Below are positions 8,131 to 17,100 of a stretch of DNA of 64,000 bases, one piece after another. The DNA lies in assembly GCA_002842495.1 (NCBI GenBank), contig PHDB01000011.1:4210-68209 (forward strand), written 5' to 3'. Made by a program: the position numbers and the translations under genes. Within the stretch, counting starts at the first letter, position 1, and every line of letters begins with the position of its first letter. A model generated the notes under the pieces. It made no database searches, was not told the origin of the DNA, and worked only from the letters and a program-made list of their open reading frames with translations. Origin of the DNA: Bacteroidetes bacterium HGW-Bacteroidetes-6. GTDB lineage: Bacteria; Bacteroidota; Bacteroidia; Bacteroidales; DTU049.

Positions 8131-11100
8131 TTAACGCGTAATAATAAGCTTACCTTCTCGAACATTATTGCTGCGAAGCAATTTCCAGAAATACATGCCC
8201 GCAGCCAAATCGGCAGTTTCGATACGGAAGCTGTTGGCTCCTGTTGCAATTCCAATTTCGATTTCGCGAACAATTTTGCCGTCGGCTGTAGTTATCTGAA
8301 TTGTAGCGGCTTCCGTTTTTTGAGCCTCAAATTCAAGCATCGTGTAGTCGGTAGCCGGATTCGGATTTAGCGAAAGATCAACAAGTCTGTTTTCGTCAAT
8401 ACCAACATTAGTAAGTAGTGTTACACAACTGGTGTCGTTCAACACCGTAAAATCTGATGCCAAATCTGTATACGAACAGAATTCGAATGTAGTAATGGCA
8501 AGCGGTGTGTAATTGCTTGGGAATGTGTATGTAGCTGTGTCGCCTGGATACAGGGTGCCCGTCCATGTAGCATTAACAGGAGGTTGTCCGGTATTGGCTT
8601 TCGCAACAACAGGAACAGAGTAGAGTGTATCGGTTCCAAAATTTGAAATTTTAACCGTGATTGGTTCACCAACTCCCGGAGTAAGGGTTCCTGACGGCGA
8701 AACAATTTCAACTACCCCTGCGTCAACAGCTGGTGTTGGAACAAATATTTCGAAATTGTCGATTGCCCATCCTTCGCCATTGGTTCCGGCAAAATCAGAA
8801 TAGAATACAAATCGGAACTGAACACCAAATGGTGAATTGTTGAATGCTGATAGATTGATACTCGATTGTACCCATCCGGCAGATGTACCACTCCATCCAT
8901 AACCTGTGCTTACGTTCGAAGGAGCCCAGTTGGTTCCATTGGGATCGTTTTGTGTTCCAAGGTTGTTCCAGGTGAGTCCGCCATTGTTAGAGTATTCGAT
9001 GAAACCACCATCGTTAGCATCGGCATCGTACCAATGGTAGAAACTTAGTTCTGCATCGAATACACCATAGAACGAATAAACCGGAGTGTATAGGTAGATG
9101 GTCTGATTCATGCCGTAAGCACCATCAAGGTTGGTAACCCACGCATTAACCGGGCTGTATGCCGAGTTTATTAACATGCCTGCAGGAGCTCCAAGTTCCC
9201 AACCATCGGTTGTGGAGTTTGCGCCCCAGTAATCAACTGTTTCGAAGTCGTCGGTTGTTGGCAAGTTAAGCGTTGGGATGCCTTTGTAAGTAGTATTCGC
9301 TGTGTCGTTGCTGTGGTCACCATCGCTTGCAATGGAAACGTAAACTTCCAAATCGTTAAGACCTGCAATTGGACTGAAATGAGTAGTGAATTCAACATCG
9401 GTACTTGTTCCCTGAATCAGGTTTCCGGTCCAAGGTTGGGTTGCTACAATTGTTCCATTCAATGTGTAAGTAATTGAGAACGAAGTTGCTGTAGTTGAAC
9501 CAAAATTGAATACTTTCACTTTAACTGTGTCGGAATCAGTTGTCAAACCATAACTGAAGGTAGGCTTCAACAGTGCTGTTATTCCAAGATCGATAGGTTG
9601 AGGAGTAAACTCGTCGGCACCGATATCGGGGGTTACATCGCGCAAATCGCCATCAATGTCGGTTGTTATTCCGGTAATCGGAGTTGCAACTGTGTTTAGA
9701 GTCGATAAATAAACATGCAAATCGTCGTTTCCAACAAAGAGCGGATCAACACTCAGTGAGTTGGCGTCTTTCGACGAAGCAGCTTGCCATGCAGCAAGGT
9801 CGGCAACATCGCCGCCATGATAGGCCAAAACAGCACCACTCGAATATAAATCGTTGTAGTCCGATTCTATAAACGAAGTTGTCGTTGAGAAATAGGCAGC
9901 CAAACCACCACCAGTTGCTGCTAAGATGTTGTTTTTGGAGATGTTGTTTGAGCCTCCGGTTACATAAATAGCACGAGAAGTAGCGTAAGTGTCATATGAA
10001 TTAATGCTGTTGAAAACAAAATCCATATAGGTGTTGGTGGTGAAATACACAGCACTATTGGCAGCGCCTCCTGTTCCATTCATCGAAACAAAGTTGTTTG
10101 CGACAACGCTGTGCGCAGTGCTCGATGCATCGTTGGAATTCAAATATAAGCCGTAGTCGCTTCCGGTAGATTCCATGTACATGCTGTTTCCTATAACCTG
10201 AAGATTATTGTCGCAATAGCCAATGTACATACCATAGCAGCTTGAGTAAACAGAACCATCCACATTTACAGTGTTTGAACTGATTATTGGTGAATCGAGG
10301 TTATAGGCTCGAATTCCATAATTAGATGTGCTGTTGGTTGTATTGCCACTGATAATGGAGCCCGGTTGCAACGAAGATGTTCCGTTTCCGGCAATGTAAA
10401 TACCATAAGAACCATTGTTGATTACGTTGTTTGTTACCACCAGATTGGTGTCGAGGCTTGTTGCATCATAAATACCCGTTACATTTACTGTTCCGGTAGT
10501 TACATCGGGCATTTCTACTATATTGCCGTCGATGGTTATTGCTTTGCTTGCGTTGTTGATTGAGAATCCAACTGCGCTTGTAAAGGCTGTTGCATCAAGT
10601 GTCATATTCTGCCAGGTAATGTACTGAGCATTATTGAAGTTGACAATGGTGAAGTCAAAAGACAAGGTAGTTGGCTGCAATACAACATCCGTTGCATTTC
10701 CGGTTTGCGAAATGAATGTAACGGTGTTGGTAGATGAGGAACCGGGGAAATTCGGAATATTCACTGTTTCGTCATAAACTCCAGTTTCTACTTCAAAAAC
10801 AACAATACTATCTATTCCGCATGTGTTGGCATACAATACAGCGTCGTGGAAAGAACCAAAATCGCCGGTTGCACCGATGGTGTATGTACCTTTAAGGCCA
10901 CCATCGCAAACAACGAATTCGTAAGTTGCGGTATCGTTGTAGTTGTTCATATCGATACCTGCATTAGGTGCTTCGCTCCATGCTTTTGCACGATGAACAC
11001 CAGGAAGCATCGAAACAGAGCCAATTACGATTGAGTCGGTTTCGTTTCCGAAAGTGATTGTTCCTGTCCAGGAGAAGGTTGCTTGTGGAGTTCCGTCAAG

Positions 11101-14100
11101 TGTCCATGCAATATCGGCAGATACAAGATCTGCTGTACCATAGTTGGCCAGAGTGACACTGAAATCGTTAAGTCCGGGGGTTGTTGAAAAGGCCGGCTCA
11201 TCAAACTTAACAATACCGGCATCGGTGGCCGATGGAATGTACTCGTCGGCTCCAATAGTTGGTGCTAGAACATCGCGAACATCGCCATCAATGTCGGTTG
11301 CAATACCTGCAATAGGTGTTCCTGCTGCATAGAGGGCAAATTGTGCTGTATGAAGATCGTTGGGCAAATAGTAGCCAGGGCTTACACTTATTGAATTTTG
11401 ATTCATGCTGCTTATTGCTTGTAAATTAGCAATGTTTGAAACATCAATACTCCAGTATGCAAGTGTAGTTCCATTGGTGTATATATTATTGTTTCTGATA
11501 TTGTTGATAGCTGCTGGTGTAGCTGAATATAGAGCGTAACCAGCTGATGTGTTTGCCAGATTGTTGTTTGCAATATTAATATTGCTAGTTCCACCATTCT
11601 GGTACACAGCTCTTCCTCCAGAAGTAGAGCCAGCTCCAATGTTTACTGAGTTGAAGTAGATGTTTAGATAGTTGCTGTTGTAAGCGTATAAGCCATATGC
11701 AGTTCCAAACGCAGAACCGGTTTGGCTAATGAAGTTGTTGACAACTGTGTTGGGAATAGTTGCTGAAACATTGTTGTAGTAAAGGTACATGCCATAGAAT
11801 GTTCCTGAACCCGTACCCTGAATATTGTTGTTTTCAATACGGCTACCATTATCGTTGTATCCGGAGTAAATATGGTAGTTGGTGCTTGAAGCAGGAGAAT
11901 TTTCGAATGTGTTTCCGATAATCGAAATGCTATCGTTGTAGTACGCATACAAACCATAATTATTCCAACCCGAGATGGTGTTGTTGATAAATTTGTTTCC
12001 ACTTTTTTTCTTCGATGAAGAACCATAGAAATAAACACCATAATCTCCATTCAAAATCAGGTTGTTTTCGAATACATTGCCAGTTTCGGCTCCTGTAGTG
12101 TAACAATATACTGCGGAAGCATTGGTGCTTGTTGTAACAATACTTTCAATAATATTGTTGTCGAAATGGTTGTAATTGGCTGTATCGGATAGTTCTACCA
12201 CACGACCATATGTCGATGCAGTTGTCGAACGAATGGTCATGTTTTCGAAAGTGACATAATCCGATCCGGCAAGCTTCAGAACATAATTGTCGGTTGAGCC
12301 TGCAGCAGCATACTGCAGAACAACGTCGGTGTTTACTCCGGAAACCGATCCAAAAGTAAGTGTGTTGATGTCAGTTACACCAGGAATCTGGTTGAGCATG
12401 ATTTGCTCGTCGTAGGTTCCGTTCTCGGCAAGTACAGTTACTGGTCCGTCAACTCCCCAATCTTGTAAAGCAGTAGCTGCAGTTCCGAATGAGTCGAAAT
12501 CGCCAGTAGTTGCCATAATATAATATGTGCCGTTGTATGGATCATGAGCAGAAACCGAATAAGAGGCCGTGTCGTTAATACCTACAGTGTCGGCCAAAGC
12601 GTTGGGGTTTTCGGTCCAAGCAACAATATCATTCATCCCTGGATAAGGTGTATAGTTGAAAGTATAAGAGCCAATAGTGACTGTGTCTTCTTCTCCTGTC
12701 AATAAAGAGCCTGTCCAGTTGAAAGGTGTCTGTAATATGCCGTTTACGCTCCAGGCAATATCAACCGAAGTCATTGTGTTGAGACCGAAGTTTCTGATAT
12801 TGACATCTATGCCGTGACTTCCAAGTGGAATATCAGTAGTTGGGCTGATGACTGAAATAACGCCTGCATCGTTGTCTGGGTGCCCAGTTACAACAGCATG
12901 AACGGGAATCCTATCACTTTCGCAAGCACTACCAGTAGAAACCAGCCAGTTGTATATGAAATAGTAATACTCAGGATACCCGGAAAATGTATTTCCGGTA
13001 ATAGACAACTGGTTTGGAAAGGTATATGGGAATGTTGCGCCGGTTGTGTTTCTATACATACCAGGGCTTACACTAAAACCAATTTTGTATCCGGTTCCGG
13101 CTGGGATTGTGAAGTTTACCGGCGCTGTTTCGCGTTGTCCGCTTGCTACTGTAGTAATGCCCGAATAGGATGCAATTACGGCCGATGATGCATTTTCAAC
13201 TACAATTGTGTATGCTGCACCAGCAGCAACACTCGGGAAAATATCAACCGATTCAATGTCAACACCAGAAGGATTTAATACATCGAATACTAATCTGTAA
13301 GTAGTATTTGCATAAGTTGATGAGGTTCCAATTGAATAATCATATGGCCCTACATAAGTACTTGATCCTTCATTCACAGAAACATAATAAGTTGAGTCAG
13401 CAAAAAGGTGGGGTATTGTGTAAGAGGTGCCAGTATTAAATGGTGAACCACCAACTGGTTGATTGTACCAGCTAATTGTATAAGGAGAAGATGCTGTTAA
13501 AGTTGCAATTGTTGCATAGGGAACTGTATCGTTTGTAACGATTGGTACAGGGGGAATGAAACTGTTGGTAATCGTTTTAATCAGTGTATCATTGGCTGGG
13601 TATGTGTCAATAGCCATATCTCCCCAAACTGTCAGTGAATAGGTTGTGTCTCCTGTTGTGAGTGGAAGACTTATTGGTGTTGAAAATGTATGAACTATTG
13701 TATCGCCGGGAAGCATTATATAGTTTACAATTTCAGTGATTGGAGTAGTTGCATTCACCTGATAACTGAGGCTGAATGGAATGTCAAGAGTGTCTGCTCC
13801 AACATTAATGAATTGTACGCTCACATCTTCACTGCCATGAGTGCATCCTGCCATAGGTGAAATAATTGAGTCCATTCCGAATTCGGCTGCAGGAGGCAGC
13901 ACAAACGCAGTAACCGGAATACGGTTGCTGGGACAGGAGGCAGAAATGATTTTCCAATTGTAGAGATAAAGATAGTATGTAGAATACGTACTTCCGGTTA
14001 TCGACAGTTCATTTGCTATGGTATAAGGATAATTGGAGCCGGTTGTATTTCGGTGCATGCTTGGGCAGACACTAAAACCGATTCTATAATCAGTTCCTTC

Positions 14101-17100
14101 AGGAATATAAAAATCTAGGGGAACAATTTCCTTTTGGTTTGCGTTCACAGTTGTTACAGCAGAATAGGTTGCAACTGTATCAAGATTTGCATCCTGCACG
14201 ATAATGGTATATGCAGTTCCGGAAGCCACATTTGGAAAAATGTCTACAGTTTTAATAGTGACTCCAAACGGATTTAGGACATCAAATAGCATCCGGTAAG
14301 TTGTACTTGCAGTTGTAGATATGGTTCCAATAGTAGTGTCGGCAGCTCCAACAAACATGTATCCAGAGCTGGACTTGGCTTCGACGTAGTAGGTAGTAGT
14401 ATCTGTGAGTAAAGGAGTTATATACGTTTCTCCCTGATGAAAAGGTGTAGCTGTGATATTATCTGTGTACCAGAAAACTGTGTCGGTAGCAGTAGCAGTC
14501 AATGTAGCACTTTGTCCGTATGGAATTGTAGCGTTGGTAACTATTGGATCTGTTGCAATATGACCAGAAAACGCCCACGTATTTGTTGAGTCATTACCGT
14601 TCAATGTATCGTTAACAAGAGAAACCCAGGCATTGATATTAAAAATGCTGTCGGTAGTTGTAACACTCATATCAATAGTAGTTGCAAAAGTAAAATCGGC
14701 TGTATCAAGAGGATTAATGGTTTGCGTAACGTTTTCCGAAACTACCGAACCACCATTCACTTGGTAATATGCAGTCAGATTGCCGTTGATGATATCGTTG
14801 CCGTAATTGACAACCTGTATGGTTACTGGCTCACTATTGCTTAGTCCGCAACCGCTATTAGGACTTGTTATCCCAATCAGAGCAGCATCTTTGTCCGATG
14901 CCACCGAAAGGTTGATGTCATCAATGTAATGATAGTATGCACTGGCAGGGCTTTGTCCTATAAAGCCCAAATTGTATGAGCCGTTAATTGGGACTGTGAA
15001 ATATATAACCGATTCGTTGTGTGAGGTATTTGTAAAGTTAGTGTAAGAGTTCAGCAATGTACTCATCCCGGAAGGAGTATTGCCTTGCCCGTAATATAGT
15101 GAGAATGATTGTGGGTAGCTTGCACTTTCAGCTCTGTACCAGAAACTGAGCTTGTAAACTTTTCCGGCTGTTAAAGTAAAACAACGCGAAAAGAGCCAGT
15201 CTTCACCTGTATTTGATGAGCCGTTGTAATATCGAGCACTGTATGATCCAGTATGAGCATAGGTTGAACTGCTGTAATGATTCTGGTAGGTATAGGAACC
15301 TCCGTCTTCATTATATACAGTCCATGCGTTATAATCCTCGTTGGCTTCAAACCCCATGGTGTAAGGCCCTGAAGCGAAATCCCAGCCGTTTTCAATAATA
15401 TAACCAGTTATGGTGTCATTTCCTGTATTTTGCTCCCCAGGTTGTGAAAAATAGGCGTCAATAGAGTGAATCCCTGCAGCAGACAAGTCGGCTGTGGCAG
15501 TGAAAGTGTAAGTGTATGTGTCAAGTGGGGCAATAGTGTCGTTTATTGTTTCATGAACAGGTGTTCCGCCGTCAATTACAAAGTAAGCATCAAAAGTAAA
15601 AATAGTATCAAGACCTACATTAACAGCGGTAACAGTCACGTTTTCAACTGTCGTTAGCCCACAATTTGAAATAGGAGCATCGATTGATTGTATTGCAATG
15701 TTTTTGAAATATACAATGAACTCATCTGCACCAATGCAAGGAGTAGTCAGACTACGGCTGTCTCCGTCTATATCTGTTGTGATGGATGCGACTGGAGTTC
15801 CCTTTGCGAATATTGAAGGTGATGAAGCATGCAAATCGGTAGCCGAAGTAAATCCCGGGTCAACTGAAACAGAATTGGCGTCCTGTGATGATGCAAGCTG
15901 CCATGCTGCGAGATTTGCCCTGGCTGCAGACCAATATCCAAGACTGGAGCCCGTAGAGTATAGGTCGTTGTAATCCATTGAACTAACACCGGCTACAGTA
16001 GAAATATAAACAGCATATCCAGATGAATTCGGTCCCGTGTATGCGAAGATATTGTTTCTGTAGTTGTTGTTTGTCGTTGACCCGGTTGAATACAATGCAC
16101 GGGCAGTCGAGTAATTGGATAGTACATTTACGGAGTTGTAATAATAATTCTGATAGGAATTACTAGAGTGATAAATTCCGTAGGAACTTGCTGCGCCATC
16201 TACCGAAATCATATTGTTTGCAATCAAACCCGTATTTGCAGCACTTCCGTCACAACTACTGATGTACATAGCGTATCCACTGTTCTGATTGATAACAGTA
16301 TTATTGGTTATTTGAAGTGCATTATCGCAGGTGCCGGCATAAATTCCGTAAAACGATGTGCTTGAACTGGCATGACTTATCACGGTATTGCTATCAGCAA
16401 CAGGTGCATCCATATATATAAGGTAAATACCCCGGTATCCGGAGTTGGTAATCCTGTTGTGCGAAACAACGGTACCTCTTTCAAGTGCCGTAGCAGAACC
16501 GCCACCCAGATACATGCCATAGGAACCGTTTTCGATCAGATTGTTTGAAAAAACATTCATGGTGTCAACCGAAGTGCTGCCCGAAGGGGAATAAATTACG
16601 GCATTATTGGAGGAAGTGCTGGAAGAGTTTTCTACGCTGAGGAAGCGATTTCCGTCAAAAATATTGTTGGCAGAGCCGTTGGTATATGTCAAAACATTGG
16701 TATATGAACTTCCTAGTGCTTCGAGGGTCATGTCCTCAAAACGCATATTACTGGCACTGTCAAGATAGAGAACAAAGTTATCGCCTGTTACCGATGCGGC
16801 GTAGCGGAGGGTTACGTCGCTGTAGTTTCCACTGGCTGAGCGGAATGTTATTGTATTTGTTGCTGAGCTGCCATTTATATAGGAAAAAGAGACTTGCTCT
16901 TGGTAAACTCCCGAAGCAACATCGAATACAACAGGTCCGGAAATTCCACAATTCATAAGTGCCAATCTGGCTTCTGTAAAACTGCCGAAATCGCTGGCTG
17001 TAGCACCAATTGTATAGTTGCCAACAAGTGGTCCTGCACAAGCAAAGTACGTAGCATTCATTGTGTCGTTGAGAGTAAGCTCATCGGCAACACCATTTGG

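Noticed and set aside
9607-17045. The three beta-helix modules as a recent duplication or an assembly collapse or expansion
   Set aside because: The modules share architecture and end motifs but differ extensively at the nucleotide level, and the flanking domains differ. This points to ancient modular duplication, not a misassembly.
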